NCBI RefSeq assembly: GCF_004010195.1
Contig: NC_057719.1
Span: 93,761,076-93,825,075, forward strand
DNA length: 64,000 nt
Reading direction: 5' to 3'
Source: Chiloscyllium plagiosum
Lineage: Eukaryota
Positions 23,183-36,006 of the stretch are shown piece by piece. Position 1 is the first letter of the stretch, and each line of letters starts with the position of its first letter. Under the pieces are notes generated by a model. That model did not search any database. It was not told where the DNA came from and saw nothing but the letters and a program-made list of their open reading frames with translations. The position numbers were made by a program, and so were the translations under genes.

Positions 23183-25429
23183 ATCCTGAGAAGGACCTTT
23201 TTACTCATGTCTTCCACCATGAAGACTGATGCAAAGTTCCTCATTCGTTTCTTTGTTTCCCACTACTGTCTCTGCAACATCATTTTCTAGTGGCCCATAT
23301 TCACTTTTACCCCTCTTTTGCACTTTATATATCTAATGAATTTCTTACAGTCTCCTTTATATTACTGGTTAGCTTACCCCTACATTTAATATTCTCCCTC
23401 CTTTTTTTCTTGCCTTCTGTTGATCTTTGTAAGTTTCCCAATTCCCTAGTGTCCCACTGCCATTCACCACATTATATGCTTGTTCCTTTGCTTTTGTGCA
23501 ATCACTGACTTCCCTTGTCAGCCCTGGTTGCCTCATCCTCCCTGTACCTTGCCTCTATTCCTCAGCATGAATCTCTGCAGTGTCTCCTGAATTAATCTTG
23601 GAATCTCCTGCCATTGCTGTTCCCCTGCCTTTCCTGCTGGACCCCTCTCCCGGTCAATCCTACCCAGCTTCTTCCTTATGCCTCGGCAGTTGCCTTTATT
23701 CAACTGAAATACTGTTACCTCTGGTTATATCTTCTCTCTCTCAAATTGCAGAATAAATTCAACCATGTTCTGATCACTGCTTTTGAAGTTTCCCTTCACC
23801 TTAAGCTCCCTTTTCTAGCCTGCGTCATTAGATCCAGTATCATCTGTCCCGAGTGGGCTCTACCACAAGCTTCTGCAAAAAAAAGACATCTCGTAGACAT
23901 TCCTGTAATTTCATTTCTTCGAGTCACTACCAACCTGATTTTCCCAGTTTGCCTGCAAATCGAAATCACCCACGAACACTGTACTTTGCCTTTCCTACAC
24001 ATCTTTTCTATCTACAGGTGTATCTTCTGCCCCAGCTCCTGACTATTCTTTGGAGCCCTGTACAAGACTTCAACTGTGGTTGTCTTACATTTGTGGTTCC
24101 TTAATTCCACCCACGCAGATTCTACACTATCTGACCTTACTTCCTTTTTACTATTGATTTAATTTCAGTGTTTACTAATAATGCATATTCACTTCCTCTG
24201 CCCATCTGCCTATCTTTTCAATAGGACAAATGTCCTTAACCATCCTGATCCCCTAGTAGCCACTTCTCCGTGATGCCCATCACCTCATACCTGCCGATTT
24301 CAATCTGTGCCACAAGCTGATTTTCCTTATTCCTTGTACAGCATGCATTCAGGTATAATATGGTCAGTCCTGTATTAACTGTACCTCCTGTCATGCCATT
24401 CATTTGACCAGTTTGCTTGAAGTTTGATTGTGAAACATTTCCAGATGCTCTATCCTATTTGTGTCTGTGCTGGAGATTTTAATAACCTCTCCTGAGTTCT
24501 GTACTCTTACCTCCTCCTTTAATTCGGCTTTTCTCATTAAACCCAGTAACCGAACCCCCACACCGCACACAGAGACACTCCTAATCAGTTTAAATCTATG
24601 TTCTACAGTCCTAGTTAGGATTCACTCGGACTCTGGTCCCAGAACGGTTCAGATGATGACTGTCCTATCGGAACATTCCTCTGTAATAAAATGGATTTAT
24701 TCAACACAAAACACAGGGACAAAATAAACTTTTCTGCATATACCAAAATATGAAAACTACAAAGAGACAAGGTTGTTAAAATACACTTACTTTATGGTGC
24801 TATATACGTTGAAATGAGAATTACAAAACCATAGAAGTGATGTGCAAACTTTGTCAATCATTATTTGACCCGCAGCTGAGATCCTGATTTCCCGTCTGTC
24901 AGTCATCCCCATCACTGAGATTCTCTCGCCCTGCCTCTCACACAGTGACGAGAGGGGTTACAAGTTGATGTTGGCCCAGAATATTTAAAATAATCCACCT
25001 TCTCTCTGAAGCCAATCTATTGGTCTATTGGATTTTGATTAGCTGTCAGCAACTCAGCTCTGTGATGTTATTGGCGGTAAATGATCTGGGATGACAGTCA
25101 GTATCACAGGGTATGGAACCAAAGCGCTTGCAGTCTCTGGGAGTTTCGAAATGAAATTCTGTGTATTTCTCCTCATGCTGCCTCCTGATTAGTTCACACT
25201 CGACTGACATCCGTTGCTCTCACTCATTGTGTTGCTCCATTTTCTCGCCACTCTGTTTATCCCACTTCACTTTCTTCCTCTCTGTTTATTCCTCTCTATC
25301 CTTCTCAGCCTATCTCCGATCATTCTCTTTATTTTCAAGTGGTCAAGTTGGAGAGCTCGTGGACGCATGGTGGGCTGATTGGCCTCCTCTGTGCTGTATT
25401 AATTCTGAATCTCTCTGACCCACAATAAA

Positions 25430-25760
25430 CACTTAGGTGCCTGGAGAGACAAGCTGATCCACTGAAGGACACATCGCACAATTAAGCATTAGCTCTTCCT
25501 GTATTCTGACATGCAGCGATCTCGAAATATCTGTCCAAACAAACAGACTCCTCACATTAACATCAGCACACTTCAGACTGCCAGGTCCACCGTGTTCAGT
25601 ACCTTTGCCTGCTTGCAGTTGGTCTTAGCTGTACTGACCAATGATTCACATATTAGAGATTGCTGCCAGTTGAGGTTCAACCCGTCCTTCTTGTGTATAT
25701 CCTATCGACTCGGAAATGCCAATGATCCACATATCAGAAGTGCTGCCTCCCCTACCAGCT
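25430..25760 (-). mobile_element. Old CR1 ORF1/ORF2 junction fragment
   Basis: YVDHW...KKDGLNLNW followed by LKCADVNVRSL (degenerate LKCxYxNARS). Confidence 0.6.
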
Positions 25761-26494
25761 CTTAGGCAGTGTATTGAATTGTGCTATCTTCCTATTTCTA
25801 ATCTCACTCACACGTGACATATTCTAATGTCTCCAAAATTCAAATATCCTTTCAGCACAACTCCATCAAGGCATTTTCTTTAAAGTGGATAGACTTGATA
25901 ATAAAAAAAACTTGAAGTGTGACTTCAGGAAAGTGAGACTAATGAATCAGTCCACTGACCACAGGATCTGATATCTATCCCCGCCACCAAACCTATTTGG
26001 CAAGGCATAAATATTGACCATCTGTTTGCAGATGAACGAGGAAAAACAGAAGATTAGGAAATGTCAGAGCAGATGAATGTAATTAAACCTGTTTACTCAG
26101 ATTTGCTATTCAATTGGATTCTAGTTATTCTGTTCCTTTCAATGGCAGCGTCTTTGCCCAGCATCCCTAGCGGGTAAGAAAGTGCCCAGTGCCATTGTGT
26201 GCACAGTCCTGTGAAGGGAATATACAGTGCCAGGCAATGGGGTGTGGGGAGTCCCAGGGGTGACACAAGGAAAGACTGCATGTAGTGACGATGGACTAAG
26301 GGACTGAAAGAGATGGAATGGGTATCCAGGGACACTGCACTCACACAAGTGGCTGGGCAAGATTCCTAAACACCCAGAGGAACCCCCGAACCACGGCTGC
26401 TTTTACAAAAACCTGTCACATTTGCTGCATTTCTCCATCGAACAAAAGTAAAAATACTCCAGCAAACACAGAAACGTACTGTGGAGAGAGAAAA

Positions 26495-26615
26495 GAGTTA
26501 ATGTTCACAGTCCAGACGCAGGATGAATGTACAAAGTCCACACAGACAGGGCCCAGAGATTGGAATTGAATCCGAGTCCCCAGCGCTGTGAGGCAGCATT
26601 GCTGTGTCACCATGC
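26495..26615 (-). mobile_element. Degenerate V-SINE fragment
   Basis: ggaattgaatccgagtcccagcgctgtgaggcagc matches the SINE head at about 8180-8225. Confidence 0.6.
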
Positions 26616-26621
26616 AGTCCA

Positions 26622-29600
26622 ATTATGGATAATTGGGGATAGTATAGTTAGAGGCATAGATACTGTTCTCCGTAATCGGGATTGAAAGGCCTGAAGCTTG
26701 GTTTGTCTACCTGGTGCTCGGGTTTGGGATATCTCTTCTGGGTTGCAGAACTTGGAGCGGGAGGGGAATGATCCAGTGATCAGCATCCATGAATGTACCA
26801 ACGACTGGACAAGCAAATGACAATAAGGAGAGCGACGGGTAATACAGGATTGAACTATTATATCAGAATGCATGCAGTATAAGGAATAAGGTAAACACGC
26901 TTGTGACTCATGCACAAATTGGCTGGTATGGCATAGTGGGCTTTACAGTGATATCGCTGCAAGAGGATCAGGATTGGGAGCTGAATATTCAAGGATATTC
27001 ATCCTGCCGAAAAGATAGGCAGGTGGGCAGAGAGATAGAGTTGTCTCATTATTAATAATGGAATTGAGTCAATGATTAATAATAAGAAATGAAGTAAGGT
27101 CAGATGGTGTAGAATCTGTGTTGGTAGAATTGAGGAATCAAAAAGGTGAAAAATGCAGTTGGAGTTATGCACAGGGAGCTGGGGTGCAAGATACACCCGG
27201 AGGTGGAAAGATCTGCAGGAAAGATAAAATTACAGTGATCATGTGGGATTTAATTATGCAGATGGAATTATTCAGGTTGGTAGTGCTTCACAAGAAAAGG
27301 AATTTGTGGAATGTCTATGAGATAGCTTCTTGGAGCAGCTTGTGTCAGCAGAGTAGATGAGGGGAGCTTAAGGTGAAGGAAATCATAGTAGGCAATGATC
27401 ATAATATGATTGAATTTACTCTGCAATTGCAGGTGGAGAAATTAGAATCAGAAGCAATGGTATTACAGCTGAATAAAGACAATTACAGAGACATGAGGGA
27501 GGAGCTGGGCATAATTGACTGGGAGATGGGCCCAGCAGGAAAGGCAGTGCAACAGCAGTGACAGAAATGTTTTGGAGTAATTCAGGATACAGCAGTGATT
27601 TATCCCAAGGAAAAAGAGGCATGGTACAGGGAGGATGCGGCAACCGCAGCTGACTAGGGAAGTCAGGTATAGCATAAAAGCAAAAGATAAAGGATATAAT
27701 GTGGCATCGTGCAATGGAAAACCCGAGGATTGGGAAGCTTACAAAGACAAAACAGGGTGCAAACAAAACAAAATAAGGAGGGAGATTATTAAGTATGGGG
27801 GTAAGCTAGCCAGTAATGTAAAAGAATACTATAAAGGTTTCTTTCGATGTATAACGTACAAAAGAGCAGCAAAAGTGAACAATGGACCACTGGAAAATGA
27901 TACTGGAGAGATAGCAGTGGGCAACGAGAAAATGGCCAAGGAACTGAATAAATACTTTGCATCAGCTTTCACGTTGGAAGACACGAGTAATTCCTAAAAC
28001 ATTCAAGAAATTGAGGGGCCAGAGCTGAGTATTATGGCCACGACTATTGAGAACATGCCAGGAAAAATTGAATGACCCGAAGGTGATTAAATAACCTTGA
28101 CCAGACGGACCATATCCCAGTGTTATAAGGGAGATAGCTGAAGGGGGAGTGGAAGCGATCGTGTTGATCTTTCAGGAATCACTAGAGTAAGGAACGATCC
28201 CAGAGCACTGGAAGCACATTAACGTGACACCCCTTTTTAACAAGGAAGTAAGGAAAAACACAAAAACTCCACAATGAATAGCTTAACCTTGATCATAGGT
28301 AAGATCACCGAATCCATTGTGAAGGACGAGATTTCCGAATACTTGGAGGTATTTGGTAAAACATTGCAAAGTCACCATGGTTTCATCAAGGGAAGGTTGT
28401 GGGTGATAAACCTGTTGGAATTCTTTGAAGAGGAAATAAGCAGCCTTCACCAAGCACAGCAATGATAGTAGTTATTTACCTGGATCTCAAGAAGACCTTT
28501 GACAAGGTGTCACGCAGGAGATGACTGAGTACGATTATAGAGACATGAAGGAGGAGCTGGGTGTAATTGACTGGGAGAAGGGCCGAGCAGGAAAGGCAGT
28601 GCAACAGCAATGACAGGAGATTTTTGGATTTTTGTTCGAGGCAAGGTAGTGGCATTGGTAGAAGCTTGGCTGTTTGGCAGAAAGCAGAGAGTGGGGATGA
28701 AATGGTCGTTATCATGATGGCAGCCAATGACAAGTGGTGTTCCACAAGGCTCAGTGTTGGAATGGTAACTTTTTACTCGTTACGCTAACAATCTAGATGA
28801 GGGAATCAAGGGCACTCTGGCTAACTTTGCAGATGATGAAAAGATAGGCAAATGGACAGGTCGTGTTGAGGAGGCGGAGAGGCTGAAGAAGGATTTCAAC
28901 GTGTAAAGAGGTTGGCAAATGCATTCCAATGTTGGAAAGTGTGAAGTTGTGAACTTTGGCACAAAGAATAGAGGCATGGTCTATTTTCTAAATTGGGAGA
29001 AAGTTCAAAAATCTGAAGTGCAAATGGACTTGGGAGTTCTCGTGCAGGGTTCTCTCAAGGTAAGCTTGCAGATTGAGGCAGTAGTTAGGAGGGCATTTAT
29101 TATTGATGACATTTATTACGAGAGGAATTGAATATAAAACCGGTTGCATACGGCTCTGGTCAGACCATATTTGGAGTATTGTGCGTAATTTTGAGCCCCG
29201 TATCTCAGGAAGGATGCACTGGCCCTGGAATGCGTTCACAAGATCTTCACGAGAATGGTCGTAGGAATGAAAAGCTTATCGTATGAAGCAAGTTTGAGGA
29301 GCCTGGGTCTATAGTCAATAAAGTTTAGAAGGATGAAAGGGATTGTAATGGAAACATGCAAAATACTGAATGACCTGGATAGAGTAGATATTGATAAGAT
29401 GTTTCCATTGGACGAGGTCCCGAGAGCACAGCTTTTAGAACAGTGATAAGGAGAAATGTCTTGAACCAGAGAATGGCGAATTTTTCAAATTTATTGCCAC
29501 AGAAGACAGTGGAGCCACGTCATTGATAATATTTGAGAAGGAGGTAGATAAGTATTGATTATCCAGGGGAGCAATGGTTACAAAGAGAAGGTCGGAGAAT

Positions 29601-29692
29601 GGGTCAGAGGAAACTGTCAGCGATGGTAGAATGGTGGTGAGACTCGATGAGCTAACTGGCCTAATGTCTGCTCCTATGTCTTACCGACTTAT
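26622..29692 (+). mobile_element. CR1 LINE with ORF1 SGNH-esterase remnant, endonuclease, RT and 3' tail
   Basis: IIGDSIVRGID...CLPGARV...HECTND; GNDHNMIEF; MAKELNKYFASAFT; HGFIKGR; YLDLKKTFDKVSR; NFADDEKIG. Confidence 0.9.
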
Positions 29693-29695
29693 GAT

Positions 29696-32375
29696 TTAAA
29701 CCTCAAGGAGGCACCTTGCATCTCTGAGAAGATGGATTCATGTCCTTCATGAATGTCAGTAGCTGGAGGGAACAGTTAACTGTTTTAGAATGAAGGTATT
29801 GTGGCTGCTGTCAGGGTGGTGGATAATATGACATTCAGTGCAGGATCACATATCCACTGCACTGTATTAATGTGGGGAGAGTTTATTCAAAACCTGGATG
29901 TCTCTGTCTCTGTCAATCACCGTGGGGAGTGTGGGTTGGGGTGGGAGGGCGTATCGTCCTCCCAGGCACTTAAACTATCCAGCATCATGCATCCTGAGTG
30001 AAACAACAGTAATGGAAACAACGACCTTCTCATTGTCTGTTTAGAATATAAGGAGTGATTGTCGATTCCACTCAGTGTTCAATGCAATCACCTCATATTC
30101 TCTCACAGCGCTCCCGATCAACTTTCACTCACTCCTCATGGTGCTATCATCACAGAGATTAATCTGGTGGAACCCCTGTTCATTCTCCTGTGGTAAGGAG
30201 CTCACACTTTATAAAGGAGAGAAATTCTGCCCACATGCCCCAAATAGTGCCTCAACAACACTCAAGTTTGATCGCAATAATTCCTTTCCCTCACTTAGCT
30301 GACCCCATTTCATTTGTGTGAAATAGGAAACTATTAATTTACGATGCACTGTCACTGATTAAAAATTTAAAATATCCTTACATCTGTAGATCAGCATCAA
30401 TAAAGCCAGCACAGGACGTGCCTATCGAGATGGACATCACAGTCGGCGAGAGACTCAATCACAAAGAATCCATCTAAAAGAGTGAATGGCCACCTACCTG
30501 AATGGACGTCAGCTGCAGGAATTTAGGATAGAGGCAGATGAAGGGAGGTATCTTTCCTTTTGATCTGCCCTCACGAGATGTGTGCAGACCTGATCAGGCC
30601 AGCAGCTTATGCCTATGTTGAACTAAATGGTTAGTTCAGCTGCTCCACAGGACAGTAAATAGTAAAACATAGTGCTGTGGGTTTGCAGTTGCACAGAGAC
30701 ATGACCAGGGAAGGATGATCCACTGCTTTCTCTAATGGACATGAGGCAAGCCGATATCAACAGATTATTATTCTTTGGCTCTAAATTATGAGCCAATGGT
30801 GTGACCACCATGCACTGACTTCCCATCTTTCAGATTTTGTGCAGAGAACAAGTTAAATATTTCAAGTGCGATTACTTTTAAATGGACTCGTGGTAAGAAG
30901 GGTCTTGAAAGAGCTGTATCTGGAATTAACAAATGCACAAATTATGGTTTATTCAGACATTGCACTGAGGTTGAGGAGGAGACTGCATGTCATGATGGTG
31001 GTAATCGAAAGGATTGGTGAGTGCAGAGATGTAAACTGCAGGAGAAAATGAATCAAGGAGGTTGAGAACAGTCTGTGTCATCCTCACATATTGGTGAGCA
31101 ATTTGTATTGAGTAATTGGCTAGTTATAATTTCTAAGGAATGGAATCATTGATTGGAAATGAAAACGTTGATTATCACCTTTCCAAAATTTACATATCAT
31201 GAGCATCAATTCAGTTCAGACTGTTTCACTAGACAGCTCGAGTGACTTACTAGAAACACCAACTATAGCAAGGATAGGATAGTAACCAGCTTGAATAACT
31301 ATGAGTACATCTTCAATCCGCGATGCTAAAGATATCCAAGACTGAGAAATCCAGGATAAACTTCTGTCCATTGTTGCAAAATTTCAGTCTAATGTTCACA
31401 GATTCTGCTCCAGTGTTGGAACATTCCAATCTAATGCTATCAGTTTCTGATCTCTCCTCAGCCTCTCTCTGAGGCAGCGGATCAATTTACTGGTGTGGGT
31501 GATGCTCACGCTCATAGGATGGGATAAAACACTGAAAGCATTCCTTATTCATAGAAGAGACAAACTCTCTAGGGACGCATAGGATCCATGGAGAACGACA
31601 TAATCACAATCGCTGAATAAACAGCTCAGTTAATCCCTTTCAATTCAATACTATTTCATTAAAATTCAAAATAACTTTGAACATTAGTGCATTCTAGGTG
31701 TGATATGTGAGTGTGACTGAAGAAAGGACTGTTGAAGATGGAAGGTTGATTGCGTGTAATCATTCAGTCTGCCTTGGGTATGGAAATGATGCTAGAGGTT
31801 TAACAGAACATAAACAAACTTCTCTGCTCTTACATGTAGAAACAAATCCTGTAACTATAGATCAGTCATTGCAGTATTCAGATTGTTATTCCAGAATCAG
31901 AGAGGGCTGGTGTGGGTCATGTTGTTGATGTTATCGATGCTCAGAAACTGTGACGATATACCACTTACTGGACTTCATTTACATTGTGATTATGACATTG
32001 GGGAAAAGAGAGAAGATGGAGAGGATTCGGGGACATGGCTGTTCAGTCTGGGCAGAGGAACAATGATGTTCCCCAATCACTAGCATTGGAACGTTACTCT
32101 TTATAACTCATACGAAGAACAGATTCAAGGATACATCTACAATGAGGCATTAATAGAGACAATATTAATGAAATGCATTTACACAATACAAAATACAGGG
32201 AAAGAATGATTTTCCATACAGACCGAAATATGCAAACTACAAAGGGATAGGTTGTTAAAATGCACTCCTGAATTGGAGCTGTATAAATTGAAATGTGGAT
32301 TACAAAACTATGGTGTGCAAAATTTATCAATCATTATTCGATCCACAGCTGAGAATCTGATTTCCCCTCCGTCAG
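29696..32375. repeat. Host tandem unit B (carries the intact GPCR exon 1)
   Basis: Collinear with unit A; 32062-32375 is repeated near-identically at 38772-39085. Confidence 0.85.
31251..31371 (-). CDS. First coding exon of a GPR139/GPR142-like rhodopsin-class GPCR (N-terminus and start of TM1); remainder not found
   Basis: ATG in acaATGG context; open frame MDRSLSWISQSWISLASRIEDVLIVIQAGYYPILAIVGVS ending in a phase-1 GTAAGT donor; YYPILAIVGV matches TM1 of GPR139-like receptors. Confidence 0.7.
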
Positions 32376-32801
32376 TGTCATGGAAAATTAACAAAATTAA
32401 CATTTTCTGTGAAACTTGAAAGAGAATGCTATGCTAAATTTAAAACTTTTCTGAACTTTGCTAATAGTTTGCTGAATTCTGTAGTCGAGGAGACAGCTTG
32501 TCATTGCCGAACATTGTAAACATTTAACCTGGCCTTGCGAGCAGTCGAATTCAGCAAAAAAGAAAAACATAGAGGCAGTTATTTCGACGGCAAAGGAATG
32601 AGAAAATAAGAACTCGAATGTTTCCCAGCCGTTATCCTTGAGCGTGTGATAAGAATAGTTAAAGGAATATATGAATTTTCTTCAGGGTCCTTACACAAAG
32701 CGTTTTTTGCCAAGTGTATTAGTTCCTTGCAGTGGTTAAAAATAAAGCTTTTTCTTTGCTCTTGCTAGCTTCTGAGTTCAGTCAGTTCAATTTCCATGAC
32801 A
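32376..32801 (+). repeat. ERV-B copy 1 5' LTR (426 bp)
   Basis: Perfect 10-bp terminal inverted repeat TGTCATGGAA/TTCCATGACA; AATAAA near 32741. Confidence 0.92.
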
Positions 32802-32808
32802 GTAAAAG

Positions 32809-32826
32809 TGGGGGGTCGTCCAGTAT
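32809..32826 (+). promoter_or_regulatory. Primer binding site (PBS) for tRNA-Pro
   Basis: tggggggtcgtccagtat matches TGGGGGCTCGTCCGGGAT at 15/18; copy 2 (39520-39537) matches at 16/18. Confidence 0.85.
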
Positions 32827-33346
32827 CCCGCGTTTAGGTAAGATTCTCAAGATTCCTAGGAGGCGCACGCGGCATCGCCTTGACGGCCCTTCACATCATC
32901 TCGAGCACTGAAGTGTCTCCTTTGCGTGAGAGGACTGGGAGTCTGTGGATTGCGGCATAGCTGGGGGTTTGAATCAAATAGGGTCGGGGTAAGAGCCGTC
33001 GCTTTAATAATCCTATGTTGAGACTCATTCTAAGAGAATAAATTAATCAGGAAGATGTTTCAGTAAACTCTCGCACGGTATTCGAGCAAAACTCAAGGGA
33101 AAGGATTGCTGTCTCTAGAGTGGTTAAGAGACAGCAGGCTAAGGGTGGTTTTAGACTTGGAACCAACACAATTTGAGTTGGATTCGCCAAAGACATACCG
33201 GGTACATGGTTTCTTGGTTTACAAAAAAGAAGGCATTGTGGCGCACGCGCCCAATGCGAGAGGAGACCTCTAGAGGTAAAAGCAAGTCAAATGGAAAAGA
33301 TAACAGTACTGCGAGAGAGCTGAACACATTTCCAGTAATGCTGAAA

Positions 33347-34900
33347 ATGGGCTTCAGCAAGACCAAACAAAAAGATGGTTAACAGAGGACTTGGAATGGC
33401 CAGCCAACGATACAGTATATGTTAAATAATTACGGCCCAGATTCTGTAAAGCAGTTAGAATTGTGGATCAAGGAATGTGGTTTTAGTAAAAGGCAATTGG
33501 AAATACTGAGGTTACGGTTGGAGGAGAGAGAGTAGAAGAAACGGAAGGGGAAAATGAACCTAGGAATTGGAATGTTTATAATATGTGGAAGGCTGAGGCT
33601 GATATCAGAGAAAGAAAATCTCAAGTAAAAGACATAGCAAATATGCATACAAACACTAGAGCACATGCAGACGTGTGCAGAAAACAACCTAACGAAGCTG
33701 ATCAGTGCCTTAAGTTTCTTTCAGATCCTGACATTGATGGCTACCCTCTGAGACTAATAGGCCCCCGACAAAATCTGCCTGGTGAAGTTCCCAAGTTAGC
33801 GACTGCAGCCTCAGGGTCTGCTGAATCACTGATGTCATGCCATAACCACAACCAACTGAAGGAAGAAGGCCAAAAGAAGGATGCCCACTCCACGACAGGA
33901 AGGCATCCAGAGTCTGTCCACGATCACCCCATGACGGATGATGAGTCAGGCGGCGAGAGTATTGGCTTATGATCATCTTACCAGGTAGTTCTGCAAGCAC
34001 CAATGGTTGATGTTGCAGGTCCAGAGGGGTGCCCAGTGTGGGTACACCGACCATGGACCTTTAAAGATTTCGGACATTCCTCTGGGCGGTTGCCAGATCC
34101 ACTTAAGATTGGAGGTAATAAGTTCACCAAAGAAGTGACGGCGTTCTGTACCGAGTTCCGTCCCACATTGCATGCGATGAGTTATCTCTTGGGACGAAAG
34201 CTGTGTGCTGATGTCACCAAAATCAAGTATAACTGGCCAGCCGTAAATGTCCATGCCAGATCAACCGACCCACAAGCGGAGGAAAATAGAGACTTTAATG
34301 CTTTTGTTGCAGCGCTGTAGGGAGGCATTCCCAGTGCGAATGGACATGACCAAAACTGCAATGTGTAAACAAGGAGAAGGTGAGAGAGAGCCCCAGTACC
34401 TTACGCGTCACACTGAAGTCCATAACATCCATAGTAGACTGAGACCACCCGACGACATAATGGCAGAAATCACGGCGTATGAGCAACAACTGCAGAACAG
34501 CTTCATCAATGGAATGAAGGATGAAATAGCGAAAAAGTAAAAGACACATGTATTACCTGGGACACGGGAAAGCTAAATTTGATAGAACAACATGCGATAC
34601 ATCTGAAAAATTGCTTACCCAGGAGAAGGATAGGTGGAAACTAAAGATGGAATAGCAAGTGCTTAAAGCTTAGCTTGCTATGATGCAAATGGTCATCCAA
34701 CCGTTGGAAGGATGTGCTGCAGGAAAAGAGAGAGGCAGAGGGGAAGGTTGCAGAAGTGGAAGAGGAAGTGATCGCGGAAGAAGCGCTGGCAGAGGTCAAA
34801 CTGGCGGGTGCTTAGTTTGCGGAGCAATGGACCACTGGGCGTGACAGTGCCCGCACAGACAGCCTCAATCGGCCCTGCAGGCTGGGCAGCAGTGTGACTG
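33347..34900 (+). pseudogene. gag: ERV-B copy 1 gag
   Basis: MGFSKTK start; VWVHRPWT; CKQGEGEREPQYLTR; knuckle CLVCGAMDHWA*QC at about 34810. Confidence 0.85.
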
Positions 34901-35090
34901 GCAGGGGAAGACTGAGTTGGAGGTCGGCAGCCCATAAGGTACAGGTAAGCCTCTTTCATTTATGCTTGGCAAAGAAGACTCGCTTTGCTAATCTCTTCTT
35001 CTAACTTTATTGGCACTGAGACGTATCTCACCTCGATATTGAGGACTGCGATTGCAAAGTGTGGACAATACGTTTATTATAACAATTATG

Positions 35091-35390
35091 TGGGTGGCAC
35101 AGTGGTTAGCACTGCTGCCTCACAGCGCCGGAGACCCGGGTTCATTTCCCGCCTCAGGCGACTGACTGCATGGAGTTTGCACGTTTTCCCCGTGTCTGCG
35201 TGGGTTTCCTCCGGGTGCTCCGGTTTCCTCCCACAGTCCAAAGATGTGCAGGGTCAGGTGAATTGGCCATGCTAAATTGCCCGTAGTGTTAAGTAAGGGG
35301 TAAATGTAGAGGTATGGGTGGGTTGCGCGTCGGTGTGGACTTGTTGGGCCGAAGGGTCTGTTTCCACACTGTAATGTAATCTAATCTAAT
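35091..35390 (+). mobile_element. V-SINE (HE1-like) inserted in ERV-B copy 1 only
   Basis: Full SINE with (TAATC)n tail; the empty site gatg|cctataag is in copy 2 near 41811. Confidence 0.92.
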
Positions 35391-36006
35391 CTATAAATCG
35401 ATGCCTACCTCTGTGTTATATGTGGAAGGTACACCAGTTACCTTTTTGGTAGACATTCAATCATTAAATCAAGCCAGTTCAGTGAGTCAATGCCAATAAA
35501 GTTGAGTGGAAGGTCCCTAAACTCAATGGGTGCATCAGGAGTTGTGCTACGAGAGAGATTTACGGCACCGCTGCAGAGCAGTATACCCGTTAAAACCTGA
35601 GGCGAGAGCAGGAATTACTCCAGTCTTTGAATCCCCCTTTTCAGGCAATAACTCTGTTGTTCCGCGCACCTCAAATGTTCCTAACTCTTGTACTGTATTA
35701 GCTGAAATTCCACCGGACAGTAAATGGTTCTCTGTTGTGGATTTAGCAAATACGTTCTTAAGTGCAGTGGTACACCCAGATAGTCAATTCTGGTTTTTTT
35801 TTTATTTAAAGAGAAATCATATAACTTCACATGACTTTGTCAAGGTTACTGTGAGTCCCCCACCATATACAATGAGGCTCTACGCAGGAGTCTGGAGGCT
35901 TTTGTTTTAATCCTGGGGTCAGCGCTGCTGCAGTGTGTAGATGATTGCTTGATAGCAGCATAAACTACACCTACATTGGGGATTCCGAATCCAAACAAGC
36001 CTTTTG

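Larger units (their letters stand above)
21021..24684 (-). mobile_element. CR1 LINE (ORF1 end, endonuclease, RT, 3' tail) with nested PLE insertions
   Basis: SGVPQDSVLGTQL, KYNLGKCDVMHF, YKALVRAHLDDCAQFWVPYLRKD, FSQRVVNLWNSL; the empty site caatattaa|tgaaatg is seen in the paralog near 32168. Confidence 0.9.
18440..25330. repeat. Host tandem unit A (GPCR exon 1 deleted; interrupted by a solo LTR and a CR1)
   Basis: 18440-21020 is collinear with 29696-32170; 24685-24902 with 32170-32375; 24990-25330 with 44260-44600. Confidence 0.85.

Noticed and set aside
35091..35165. tRNA genes (also near 8180-8248 and 47370-47450)
   Set aside because: They are tRNA-derived heads of retroposons, continuous with SINE or LINE bodies.
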